DNA of 63,795 bases, the filler included, from Octopus bimaculoides (Eukaryota): NCBI RefSeq assembly GCF_001194135.2. It is 6 parts of 5 records of this genome, joined end to end, with 100 filler letters (N's around TTAATTAATTAA, not from the genome) between each part and the next. Parts side by side here need not be neighbours in the genome. Positions count along the whole stretch, not along the records: positions 20,798 to 49,327 come from NC_068981.1; 5 more parts are not named here. One strand, 5' to 3'. The notes beneath the pieces are model-generated. The model was not told the DNA's origin and made no database searches. It was given only the letters and a program-made list of their open reading frames with translations. Both the position numbers and the translations under genes were made by a program. Numbering within the stretch: the stretch's first letter is position 1; each line of letters begins with the position of its first letter. Below are positions 25,459 to 36,788 of the stretch, piece by piece.

Positions 25459-26229
25459 TATATATGTATAAGACTGTGAATGAACTGGGTGGATTAACGG
25501 TACGCGGTTTGGTTTTGGGACACGGGAGGAGAAAATAACAAACCGGGTGAGTTGGTACGACATTTCTGTGATAAAAGTTAATTAATGATGGTTACCTGTT
25601 GTCATCCATCGATGGAACGGTGTGGAGGCGGGGAGGAGAAGAAACCTGTTACTGTTCTGCCTTTCTTTGATGTCGTAGACAAAAGCCAGAACCGCGGCAC
25701 CCAACAACGATAAATACTTGGATATAAACGAACCAACTAAGACGGGCAATACCGAATTAATTAGAAAGACTCTACGCAATCACCTGACTAGCTAGAAATA
25801 ACAGCCAAATAGCTTTCCAATTCGTTATACGCAACAGAAGCAGTATCAGATTAATCTATCTTAATCTAATCTGATTCTATTGCACTTAACGAATTTTAAT
25901 TCAGCGCGTAATCACCACACCAGTTATTGTTTATTCAATCATTGTTTTACTCTATCAGTAGCGACTGGTATTGTCTTGGCATGTCGTTGGCAATGGGTAC
26001 ATGCTACTGACGATGCTCAACAAGGCATAAACGTGCATCTAGCATTCTTACTGCTGCTGCTGCTGGGTGGTTTTCGTCTGCCACTGATGTATTTTTTGTG
26101 TTCTTAAACACAGCATGTCCATAAGGGGATATCATCTCTGAGCGAATACCGCCTTTCGCGACATATCTGCATCAAGTTTGATACACTGATGTCTATTTTA
26201 AACTAATAAACTCTTTGTTGTATATAACG

Positions 26230-26700
26230 GATTTTTATTCAGCTGGGCGACTAATCACAACACCAGTGATTTTTCAGTCACTGTTTTCCTATATCAGTAG
26301 CAAAGAATTGTCTGTGAACCTTACGACTATCCACCCCATTCTCAAATTATCTCATTATGGATATACTCCCGCAGTAATATTCCTCGCATGGACCTTTGCA
26401 TTATAGCCATTCGATGTTCTTCCCTCTACATAGTAGCACACGTCTCAGTTGCATTTAAGATCTCAGGTACCACGGTACTATTGAAGAATCTGACCCATAT
26501 AGTTTTGTCCAGCTTTACTTTGAGCACATCCTTTATGGAGACAAATGTCTTCTACCTTGCCCTTGTTCTCTTTGAGATTTCAGAATCCATGACATGGCAC
26601 ATCTTCCCTCTGTGCTCTAAGTGGATGTACACCTCTACCGCCTCGATTTCGTTACATCTCACCTCTATTCGACCTTTTGTTATGTCTTCAAACCGCAAGT
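26230..26700 (-). mobile_element. Old RTE-like LINE RT C-terminal fragment
   Basis: EIEAVEVYIHLEHRGKMCHVMDSEISKRTRAR*KTFVSIKDVLKVKLDKTIWVRFFNSTVVPEILNATETCATM. Confidence 0.65.
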
Positions 26701-27139
26701 GTTTTGTTTATAACATATATATACATAGGCGCAGGAGTGGCTATGTGGTAAGTAGCTTGCTTACCAACCACATGGCTCCGGGTTCAGTCCCACTGCTTGG
26801 ACCCTTGGTCAAATGTCTTCTACTATAGCCTTGGGTCGACTAAAGCCTTGTGAGTGGATTTTGTAGACGGAAACTGAAAGAAGCCCGTCGTATATATGTA
26901 TATATATATNNNNNNNNNNNNNNNNNNNNNNNNNNNNNNNNNNNNNNNNNNNNNNNNNNNNNNNNNNNNNNNNNNNNNNNNNNNNNNNNNNNNNNNNNNN
27001 NNNNNNNNNNNNNNNNNNNNNNNNNNNNNNNNNNNNNNNNNNNNTATATATATATATATATATATATGTATATAAGTGTGTGCCAGAACACTAATCATTA
27101 TGCATACTTTAACCATAATCGTTTTCTTGTTTCGGCCAG

Positions 27140-27229
27140 GGCCCTAAGAAGAAGACTGGTGAATTAGACTACAACAAAAATGGTAACTACTACAGAGATC
27201 TTGTCTCTCTTCTGGGTGACCAAAGTAAG
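27140..27229 (+). CDS. ODAD2: ODAD2/ARMC4 internal exon (GPKKKTGELDYNKNGNYYRDLVSLLGDQSK)
   Basis: Acceptor tttcttgtttcggccag; aligns to recalled human [32 protein letters not shown]. The donor is ambiguous (GTAAGG at 27225 or GTATTT at 27230); 27230 keeps the frame into 31605. Confidence 0.75.
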
Positions 27230-27444
27230 GTATTTGAACAACAAATTGCCAAATTGGTGAGTTTTTCATTTCTTTCTTCCATTAATGCTATGTTTCTGAG
27301 TTTTGTAACTGTTTTATACAAACACTGACTGAAACATTGTTTCAACCCCCAAAACTCTCAACTGAGAGTCACCATCTCTTTTTCATAATGAGTCAAGAAC
27401 TCTTTCATTGTGGTTGTCACCTTGACTTAAATTATAAATCAAGC

Positions 27445-27860
27445 TTTGATTCTCTCTTTTTGTGAGCCAATTTCTGATCCACTCTTTTCAAAGAAGCTCT
27501 GATCTGCCATTTTGAAGCCATGTTGTTTCCAATGAAGATCTGATCTATCCTTTTGAATCATGCTCTGATCTGCACTTTTCAATCAAAATCTGACCTGCAC
27601 TTTTGAATCAATCTCTGATCTGTTCTTTTTCAACCGGCTTCTGATCTGTTCTTTTTCAACCGGCTTCTGATCAGTTCTTTTGAATACAGCTTTGATCTGC
27701 TCTCCTGAACCTCTCTCAGATCAATACTTTTGAAATGAGGCTTCATCTTCTCTTTTCAATTGAACCTGTTCATATGATCTGCTCTTGCTAATCAATCTCT
27801 AATCTCCTCTTTTCAATCAAACTCAGATCAATTCTGTTTAATTGGCCCTAATCAACTCTT
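27445..27860. repeat. Diverged ~25 bp minisatellite, ~16 units (TCTGATCTGNNCTTTT[C/G]AANNNNN)
   Basis: Units such as tctgatctgcacttttcaatcaaaa, tctgacctgcacttttgaatcaatc, and tctgatctgttctttttcaaccggct twice. Confidence 0.85.
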
Positions 27861-28557
27861 ATATGCTTTCTGTTTCAAGTTTATTATTGTTGTTGATCTC
27901 ACAGAATTTGTTGTTAAGCCAGTAATATTACTCACAAATCACAATAAGTATAAGGAAAATATATCAAATTTAGAATGAAATGTCTTTCTTCTTTTTAACT
28001 CGAGCAGTGTGTGTGTGTGTGTGTGTGTGCGTGCGCGCGTGCATGTGTGTGTGTAAGTAGATATGCATGTATGTTTTGGTGTTTTCATCCAAAATGGAGA
28101 CAAACACCATCCCTCCATGTGATTGGCTTGAAAAATTAAGATATTAGGATATTATTCTTAATATGAAAACAATTGTAGCCTTAATACACAAATAAAGACA
28201 TTTTATCTACCAATGCGGTGTTGAGCACTCATTCTCATTGTTCAATAGTTATGTATTATCTTAAGAGACGCATTTATATCAAATAACTCCATATTTGGTA
28301 ACTATTTTATTTGCAGGTTTCATGGAAACCTGGTTGAAGAAGTGTATATAAATGTATGTGTATTTTTTCAATGTGTATAAATAACATGGAAAAAATATAT
28401 AAATAGTTACCAGGGTAGCAAAAATTCACATAAAGGCCAAGGATATTACAGTCTACTTATAAAGGTAGAAATTCCAGGGTTGAGTGAAATGCTTTTGTAT
28501 CACATGGATAAATTAAGAAATGGAGTCAAACACAGGTGTTATTCAAATCATTTATAC

Positions 28558-28644
28558 TTCCAACATATGTTTCGAAGAAAGCATTGATATTATTCCGGAT
28601 GGAATAAAAATGATGTAAAACAATGCAATCATCTCATCAGGGAA
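28558..28644 (-). ncRNA. Minimal type-I hammerhead ribozyme with canonical core, 3' of PLE copy 3
   Basis: Minus strand: TTCC-CTGATGA-GATGATTGCATTG...CAATGCTTTCTTC-GAAA-CATATGT-T-GGAA. Stem I TTCC/GGAA, G-C closing pair, palindromic stem III ACATATGT, GUU triplet. Confidence 0.85.
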
Positions 28645-28853
28645 AAAAAAGAGAAATAAAACACATCAATAAGCAATTTTAATCTAATTTAGAGACGGAG
28701 GAGAAAGAAAGAAATTAGCAGAAAATTAAGAGTGGAGAATTATAGTGTGATAGATGAATGTGAATAAAGCTTAAAAGTATGGAAATAGATATATGTAGTG
28801 GAAATGAAATGTAGGAAGACAGTTAAAGGCTGAATTTTATAGATTGGTAGAAA

Positions 28854-29075
28854 TTACTTATAGGAACTAAAGGCATGTTTTTCCCAATGTTTACGATGAT
28901 AAATGCATTCTTTAAACATGTTTACAAGAGTATTCTCCAAGAAAAGGATGAGAAATTGTTCTTCATTACAGAGCGGACAAAAAGATTTACCTTTGTCATA
29001 TGGGAAGGATCTAGATAGAATATTCCAATCCAAATTGAATTGTTTATTATGTTCCTTTAGAGACCAACTTAAGAG
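28854..29075 (-). mobile_element. C-terminal half of a Penelope-like GIY-YIG endonuclease (copy 3)
   Basis: WSLKEHNKQFNLDWNILSRSFPYDKGKSFCPLCNEEQFLILFLENTLVNMFKECIYHRKHWEKHAFSSYK*. Same subfamily as 62783-63139; the 5' side is interrupted by a SINE C. Confidence 0.85.
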
Positions 29076-29335
29076 ACCGGTGGCACATAAAAAGCACCAT
29101 TCGAGCGTGGTCGTTGCCAGTGCAGCCTGACTGTCTCTCATGCTGGTGGCACGTAAAAAGCACCTTCTACACTCTTGGAGTAGTTGGCGTTAGGAAGGGC
29201 ATCCAGCTGTGGAAACTTTGCCAGCTCAGATTGGAGCCTGGTACAGCCTTCTGGCTTGCCAATCCTCAGTCAAATCGTCTAATTCATGCCAGTATTGAAA
29301 GTGTACGTTAAACAACGATGATGATGATGATTTAA
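29076..29335 (+). mobile_element. SINE family C
   Basis: ttggcgttaggaagggcatccagctg...aaacaacgatgatgatg. Confidence 0.8.
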
Positions 29336-30544
29336 GTAGATATGTGTGTGTATGTATGTATATATATATATATATATATATATNNNNNNNNNNNNNNNNN
29401 NNNNNNNNNNNNNNNNNNNNNNNNNNNNNNNNNNNNNNNNNNNNNNNNNNNNNNNNNNNNNNNNNNNNNNNNNNNNNNNNNNNNNNNNNNNNNNNNNNNN
29501 NNNNNNNNNNNNNNNNNNNNNNNNNNNNNNNNNNNNNNNNNNNNNNNNNNNNNNNNNNNNNNNNNNNNNNNNNNNNNNNNNNNNNNNNNNNNNNNNNNNN
29601 NNNNNNNNNNNNNNNNNNNNNNNNNNNNNNNNNNNNNNNNNNNNNNNNNNNNNNNNNNNNNNNNNNNNNNNNNNNNNNNNNNNNNNNNNNNNNNNNNNNN
29701 NNNNNNNNNNNNNNNNNNNNNNNNNNNNNNNNNNNNNNNNNNNNNNNNNNNNNNNNNNNNNNNNNNNNNNNNNNGTACGTGTGTGTATTTGTTTGTGTGT
29801 CCCTCCAGCTTCGCTTGACAACCGATTCTTGTGTGTTTATGTCCCCGTAATTTAGCGGTTCGGCAAAAAGAGACCGATAGAATAAGTACTAGGCTTACAA
29901 AGAATAAGTCCTGGGGTCGATTTCCTCGACTAAAGGCGGTGCCCCAGCATGGCCGCAGTCAAATGACTGAAACAAATGAGTAAATGAGTAAATATATATA
30001 TAAAATCGTCATTATCATTATTGTTTAATGTCCACTTTCCATGCTGCCATGAATTGGATGGTTTGACTGAGAACTGATAAGCCAGGAGGCTGCACCAGGT
30101 TTCAATCTGCTTTGGCAAGGTTTCTACAGCTGGATGCCCTTCCTAACACTATTCTGAGAGTGCAGTGGGTGCTTTTTACATGCCGACGGCACAGGTGCCA
30201 GTCAGGCGGCACTGACATCATTCACGCTCGAATGGTGCTTTTTACATGTCACTGGCACAGGTGTATATATATTAAAAAAAAAAGAAACGTCAAATAGTTT
30301 AGCAAGACTTGACAAGGACATTTCATTTAGCTGCATAATAAAAGGTTTAGACCGTCTCTGACATATGCATACATTGGACATACTTACATTCATACATACA
30401 TACACATATATATGTGTGTGTGTGTATGTAAGTATGACAAGGACATTTAATCTAGCTATATAATAAAAGGTTTAAATAGTATCTGACATATGCATACATG
30501 TGTGTGTGTTTGTATGTATGTAAGTAAATATATATGTATTTTCA

Positions 30545-30619
<75 letters not shown>

Positions 30620-30709
30620 AAAGCAGAAAATGGAGATACAGTTGATAAATAACAATTGATTGACATCAATTATAATTTATTTATTAATTACAAAAAAGGC
30701 AGAATCTCA

Positions 30710-30830
30710 TCTTACAGCTGTTTCCGTTACAGTGACTCTCAGTTTTAACCACCACGATAACAATGATAATAGTTACCATTGGAAGTAATTAGTCATACCA
30801 AATTGAATCACGGAACTTCATCAGAGCAGA
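30710..30830 (-). ncRNA. Degenerate hammerhead with a long stem II loop
   Basis: Minus strand: CT-CTGATGA-AGTTCCGTGA...TCACTGTAACG-GAAA-CAGCTGT-A-AG; palindromic stem III ACAGCTGT, GUA triplet, weak stem I. Confidence 0.55.
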
Positions 30831-31443
30831 AAAGTAAATAAAATGAAAGTAAAAAGAAAAAGAAGAAAGTGAGAACAGTGATAATCAATTGATGCTACAT
30901 TCTGACCCACTGTGAAACATTCGACCGACTAGAATTTAGAAATAGAATTATTTTTGGCATTACCTATCATTTATGAGCTTTAATACCAATCCTCATGATT
31001 AAATATAGGTAATACACCAGTGGATTCATTGGATACAAGTATCTCTTAGACAACTGTTATAACCTCTAACTTAACTCACCTATATATATATATATATNNN
31101 NNNNNNNNNNNNNNNNNNNNNNNNNNNNNNNNNNNNNNNNNNNNNNNNNNNNNNNNNNNNNNNNNNNNNNNNNNNNNNNNNNNNNNNNNNNNNNNNNNNN
31201 NNNNNNNNNNNNNNNNNNNNNNNNNNNNNNNNNNNNNNNNNNNNNNNNNNNNNNNNNNNNNNNNNNNNNNNNNNNNNNNNNNNNNNNNNNNNNNNNNNNN
31301 NNNNNNNNNNNNNNNNNNNNNNNNNNNNNNNNNNTATACCAGAGTAAGCACATAAATGTGCAACAAGGTGGAAAAAAGAGTACTCAAATACCAGAGGTAG
31401 AGTAATATGCTTTATTTAAAAGCAGCAGAAATATAACAAAAGG

Positions 31444-31481
31444 CTGTTACTCTGAGTTTCACGTTCCCGTTCATCGGACAG
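31444..31481 (-). ncRNA. Minimal hammerhead (CCGAUGA core variant), antisense to ODAD2
   Basis: CTGT-CCGATGA-ACG(GGAA)CGT-GAAA-CTCAGAGT-A-ACAG; stems I and II perfect. Confidence 0.75.
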
Positions 31482-31496
31482 TTTTGTTAGAAAAAA

Positions 31497-31534
31497 CTGT
31501 CCGATGAACGGGAACATGAAACTCCGAGTAACAG
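31497..31534 (+). ncRNA. Minimal hammerhead (CCGAUGA core variant), sense to the ODAD2 pre-mRNA
   Basis: CTGT-CCGATGA-ACG(GGAA)CAT-GAAA-CTCCGAGT-A-ACAG; one stem II mismatch; predicted cut after 31530. Confidence 0.7.
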
Positions 31535-31604
31535 TCTTTTGTTATATTTCTGCTGCTTTTAAATAAAGTATATATATATATATATATAAATATCATCTAA
31601 ACAG

Positions 31605-31813
31605 AAATTTCAAGTGAAACCAAGGCCCAAATCTTCAAAGGAGAAGAACCAACCATCGAAGGACCAGAAAGCAAAGGACACCACCAACTTTGCTCCAGAA
31701 AGTGACCCACTGAAAAAAGAATCGGATTTGAGTATGAAATCTAGTGGCACCAATACAAAACTCTCTCCATCTACGAGATTGGCAATGTTGGACGATGATG
31801 ACAGCGTGAAAAA
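31605..31813 (+). CDS. ODAD2: ODAD2/ARMC4 exon, low-complexity linker (KFQVKPRPKSSKEK...DDDDSVK)
   Basis: tcatctaaacag acceptor, AA|GTAAGA donor; only one frame is open; the phase-2 end matches the downstream exons. Confidence 0.7.
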
Positions 31814-32504
31814 GTAAGATCTTGTTGCGGGGGTGCTTCTTCTACACATATGTTCCACAAACATTTTTCTGTTGTTTTTGCAGTTCTTTTTGTTGGGTTT
31901 TTTTTTGCATTTGTTTATGTTATTGTTAGTTCTCAATTTTGGATATTCTATTTATTTATTTATTTATTTAATTTCCTGAATTCTATTCTTATATCCTTAT
32001 TATTATTGTTTTCCCTTATGATTGACATGAACTCCATTGGTAAAGTCCACATCATCTTGGATCTTTGTGGACAATAAAAGAAATCATCAGCATCAGCATC
32101 ATCATCATCATCATCATCACCGTTGTTGTTATTGTTGTTGTTGTTGTTGTTGGCCAAATTTCTAGCACGCTGGGCAAAATGCTTGGCAGCATTTCGTCCG
32201 TTTTTACATTCAGAGTTCAAATTCGGCCAAGGTTGACATTGTCTTTCATCTTTTAGGAGGTCAATAAAATAAGGACCAGTCGAGTACTGGGGTTGATGTG
32301 ATCGACTCACCCTGTTCCCCAAAACTACTGGCCTTGTACCAAAATTTGAAATTATTATTGTTGTTGCTGTTACTATTATAAATGTACACGCATTCTTTGT
32401 ATTATGCATTAGATCATCCAAACAACAAAGTGAATCCAATAATGGCCAAACTAATAGATAACCCATGGCTTGGACTCTCCTGTAGTTACAGAAGAGGGAC
32501 CATA

Positions 32505-32890
32505 CATCATCATTATCATCATCGTTTAACGTCCGCTTTCCATGCTAGCATGGGTTGGACAATTTGACTAAGGACTGGTGAACCAGATGGCTGCACCAGA
32601 CTCCAATCTGATTTGGCAGAGTTTCTACAGTTGGATGCCCTTCCTAACGCCAACCACTCCGAGAGTGTAGTGGGTGCTTTTACGTGCCAACAGCACGAAG
32701 GCCAGTCACACGGTAATGGCAACGGCCACCCACAAAATGGTGTATGTTACGTGCCACCTGCACAGGAGCCAGTCCAGCGGTACTGGCAATGCTCTTGCTC
32801 GAATGTCTTTACACGTGCCACTGGCATGAGTGCCAGGAAGGCGACGCTGGGCACAGGTGCCGTCACGATTTCAGTTTCGCTTGCCCCAAC
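32505..32890 (-). mobile_element. SINE family C
   Basis: Identity to other copies. Confidence 0.85.
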
Positions 32891-33260
32891 AGGTCTCAAA
32901 TGCAGAATCAAGTTTCATTTCCACTTTATGTGAGTGAATCCAAGACTTTTCCACAAATTTTCCACTAGTTCCATCTTCATACCTGATGTTGATGGACTAT
33001 TTTCAAGCCCTTTTCCATCCCACTGCTGTATCAATGTAAACGAATCGGCAACACGTACAGGAACAACAGATTCACATCACAAACGTTCTTGTTGCAATTT
33101 CCATAAGAAATTTTCTGTGAATTTTCCTCATCCATTTTTCAAACTTCCTGTCTTATCCTTCCTGCTCTCTAAAGATACAGAGTTAATTATCCGAAAATTT
33201 ACAATCTTATGCATTTATTTATTTCATTTATTTGCTCAATCTATGTCATTATATATGCAG

Positions 33261-33311
33261 AGGTATCTCAACTAAGAAGACTTCGGGCAGGAAAACAAAG
33301 CTTAGTTTTGG
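33261..33311 (+). CDS. ODAD2: ODAD2/ARMC4 51-nt symmetric (phase 2-2) exon (K-GISTKKTSGRKTKLSF-G)
   Basis: tatatgcag acceptor, GG|GTAAGT donor; open in exactly the frame required between 31813 and 39570. Confidence 0.65.
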
Positions 33312-33397
33312 GTAAGTGTTGTTTGTTAACTTGTGTCCATGTGCGTGTGTGTGTGTGTGTGCATGTGTGTAAAAAAAATGGTATATGTTACATTCTC

Positions 33398-33620
33398 AAG
33401 TCATGCTGACTCATAAGGGCCAGTTTCCATGGCGTGTATATTCCCCACCGGGACAGGACGCCGGTCTGTCACAGGGTTACTCATTTTTGCCAGCTGAATG
33501 GACTGGAGCAACATGAAATGAAGCGTTCTGCTCAAGAACACATGTCGCCCTAGTCCAGGAATTGAAACCACAATCTTACACGCATGAGTCCATCACCCTA
33601 GCCACTAACCCATGCACCTC
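33398..33620 (-). mobile_element. tRNA-derived SINE, a further family (G)
   Basis: Minus-strand head gaggtgcatgggttagtggctaggg...ggtttcaattcc; body ctccagtccattcagctggcaaaaatgagtaacc. Confidence 0.7.
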
Positions 33621-33953
33621 TACTATGTATGTATGTGTGTATATATGTTCGTCTCTTTCCCCTTTTAATTTTAGAGTAAATTGTGACAGGCTGCCTACTT
33701 GGTAGCAAGGTTATGAAAGAAAGTTAGTTGCTTTAACCATCGTCCTTAAAATCTTAAGAAGTTCCTGCAGATTTATTTATTCCCAGGTATTGTGATCACC
33801 TGTAGCATATGAATCTGCGTTCCCTCCCCAAGATCCTAAGTTCAGACTTACTTTGCTCCAGACGAGTCGGTATGTATCCTGTTGCCCCATTAATAATAGG
33901 TATGAAGCTGAAAGTGCATCTTGGATAGCATATGTATGTATGTATTTATGTGT

Positions 33954-34335
33954 GGAGGCGCAATGGCCCAGTGGTTAGGGTAGCAGACTCGCGGTCATAG
34001 GTTCGCAGTTTCGATTCCCAGACCGAGCGTAGTGAGTGTTTATTGAGCAAAAACACCCAAAGCTCCACGAGGCTCTGGCAGGGGATGGTGTCGAACCCTG
34101 CTGTACTCTTTCACCACAACTTTCTCTCACTCTTACTTCTTGTTTCTGTTGTGCTTATAATTCAAAGGGTCAGCCTTCTCACACTGTGTCATGCTGAATA
34201 TCCCCGAGAACTACGTTAAGGGTACACGTGTCTGTGGAGTGCTCAGCCACTTGCACGTTAATTTCACGAGCAGGCTGTTCTGTTGATCGGATCAACTGGA
34301 ACCCTCGACGTCATAAGCGGCGGAGTGCCAACAAC
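33954..34335 (+). mobile_element. SINE family A inserted in an (ATGT)n tract
   Basis: Full-length match to 14874-15245. Confidence 0.92.
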
Positions 34336-35329
34336 ATGTATGTATGTATGTATGTATGTATTCTCAATTCTCCCACTGGATATGCTAATAGCATTGGCTA
34401 TTTGAGTTATAATCAATTTACCTGTCATCCATCACCATGTGGTGAATACAATGAATGTTTTCCTCAGTGGCGACAGTTACAGGATATCTAGACCTTAGGT
34501 CATCTTCAAGACTCTCCCCTCCTAAATTCAGCTGTCCATTTTTGCTCTGTTAATAAAGCTGGAGTGTCATCCCCTAATGTAGCAACCATGAATGTCATTG
34601 GTGGTTAAACCCTTTTTCTGCAGGCATTTGATAATACTACAACCCTAAATTTTGTCGGTTTTTCAAGAGAAGTCACTACTAGTTACTTCTGAAGGTTTCT
34701 TTGAACAGTCAGATTTGAGTTTACCTGGAAAGAAACAATGTGGTTAGTTATAAGAAGAGTTGAAATTAATGCATGCAAGATTTCACAGCTCTAGCATCAC
34801 TCCTTCATAGTCAGCCAATGAACTTTACAGGCTACCCTCATATACGCACGTGTACCCCTCACACACATACACACACACATAAATGTGATGTCATCAAAAA
34901 GTTTCCAAGTTTTTGATTTCCTCGTTCTCCAGTAACAATGTCATCATCATAAGCATCATCATCATTATCATTTAATGTCCCTTTTAACATTCTGGCATGG
35001 GTTGGACAGTTTGATATGTACTGATGAACCAGAGCGCCATGCCAGGAGTGCAATATCTGCTTTGGTGTGCTTTCTCTAGCTGGATGTTCTTCCTAATGCC
35101 AGTCATTTCACAGAATGGTGTGAATGCCTTTTTGTGGAACCAGCACCAGTGAGGTCACAAAGTACCTGCAAGACGCAATCTCTCAAACGATTGTAGTAGA
35201 GTATTGAGGAATATGAAAGTATGATGGGGGTGGGGAGTGGCAGGAGCAGGTATTTTGTTGAAGATGTGATTATTTAGTTACCACACCTGAAAAGAAACAG
35301 AGAGAAAGAGATGTGAGGTCAAGGTACTA

Positions 35330-36065
35330 TCAGGTCATCCCATAAGCTCTGTCCAATTTTACCTTTTTTAAAACTGAATGAAATTTAATAGTATTTTAGA
35401 ATGTCTAATGGAATTAAAAATTATTTTTATGCATTTGTGTACATTGAAACTAATTAAATATTATTTTACAAAATAATAGAATTAAAATTTCTTTGATTAA
35501 AACCCTTTCTAACATGGAAGTAACCAAAGAGCATTTGAGGCACATAATGCTTTATGAGTACAAAAAAGGAAACTCTGCAGCCAAAGTGACTCGAAACATA
35601 CACTCAGTTTATGGGAAAAAATGCTTGAATGAAAGAACTTGCAGAAGATGGTTTGCAAAATTCAGAAATGGAGATTTCAGCCTTGAAGATGAAGATCGAA
35701 CAGGACGTACAGTTGAGTTTGATGATAAGCTCCTTGAGGCATTATTTGAAGAAAATCCTGCATTATCACTTGAAGAATTGGCAATAAATCTTAGTTCAAA
35801 CCATACAACTGTTCATGAATTGTCTGAAAGCAACCGCAAATCCCGAGTTGATATCTGCTCTTCTCTCCATTCTCACGAACTCATTTCACCCTTTTTGAAT
35901 AGACTTTTGACTGGTGACGAAAAATGGATCTTCTGTCGAAATGTTAAACCTCATAAACAGTGGCTTGGTAAAAGGGAAAAAGCTCAACCACAACCGAGAA
36001 GGGAACTTCATGGGAAAAAGGTTCTTCTCTTTATCTGGTGGGATTGAAAAGGAGTAATTCACTTA
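35330..36065 (+). mobile_element. Mariner (Mos1-like) transposon, 5' TIR plus a deleted, 3'-truncated transposase
   Basis: TA|TCAGGTCATCCCATAAG TIR-like start. ORF 35493-36047 has an HTH (RRWFAKFRNGDFSLEDEDRTGR), TGDEKW and KKVLLFIWWD; the WVPHEL motif is reduced to HEL. Confidence 0.92.
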
Positions 36066-36251
36066 GTGGCCAACAACATAAGATCATAAGCAGGAGTAGT
36101 GGGGCGAGCATCATAGCCATGTGTTCAGAGGGATTCTTTGTGGTTTGAATAGCCGTGGGCTAACTAAAGCCTTGTGAGTGGGTTTAGCAGGCAGACACTT
36201 TGGAAACTTGGCACCTAAGTAATCTCGGACTAAATTGTTTAAAATTCAATT

Positions 36252-36333
<82 letters not shown>

Positions 36334-36698
36334 TTCAGCTTGTGAAGAACAAATAAATTAGAAAATTTTTCGAAGGGAAACAACTCTGATATCGCAAGTT
36401 GTTTCCCTTTTTTAATGAAATCTGTGAAAATTGAACATCGAGCAAACAAAAAAAAAATCACCGTAGGGAAAATATCCTATGGTGTAATTAAAGGTAAAAA
36501 AATGTGATTAAACTAATTAATTTTTTTAAAAAAGGGCAAGGAAAAGCAACCTTATAGGAGAGCGAACCTCGCAAATACGATTTTATGAAACATTTTGGCG
36601 GGGAAAAAGTGCGATTTGAAAACCAATGTTGAGATTAGTGAATGGTTTGAACCATGGACGAAAACGTTTTACCGACTGAGGCAACTCACCACCCTTAC

Positions 36699-36739
<41 letters not shown>

Positions 36740-36788
36740 GTGAAATATAGCTTTTGATGAAATTTTCATAGGCGCAGGAGGAGCTTAT

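Larger units (their letters stand above)
31410..31568. repeat. ~75 bp inverted repeat in which each arm carries a hammerhead
   Basis: ctttatttaaaagcagcagaaatataacaaaaggctgttact...ggacagtttt / aaaactgtcc...gctgcttttaaataaag. Confidence 0.95.

Noticed and set aside
25575-25660. Peptide WRRGGEETCY, faintly like ODAD2 WRQIRGEICY
   Set aside because: No suitable splice sites, a stop follows, and the surrounding residues do not align.
27445-27860. CRISPR-like appearance of the 25-bp array
   Set aside because: No constant repeat with unique spacers, no cas genes, and a eukaryotic intron context. Kept only as a minisatellite finding.
28317-28353. Possible ODAD2 exon after ttattttatttgcag
   Set aside because: No frame and donor combination joins both neighbouring exons without a stop or phase clash.
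30900-31080. Possible fifth, highly decayed PLE endonuclease C-terminus upstream of the 30710 hammerhead
   Set aside because: Only scattered residues resemble the motif and there are many stops; not supportable without a profile search.
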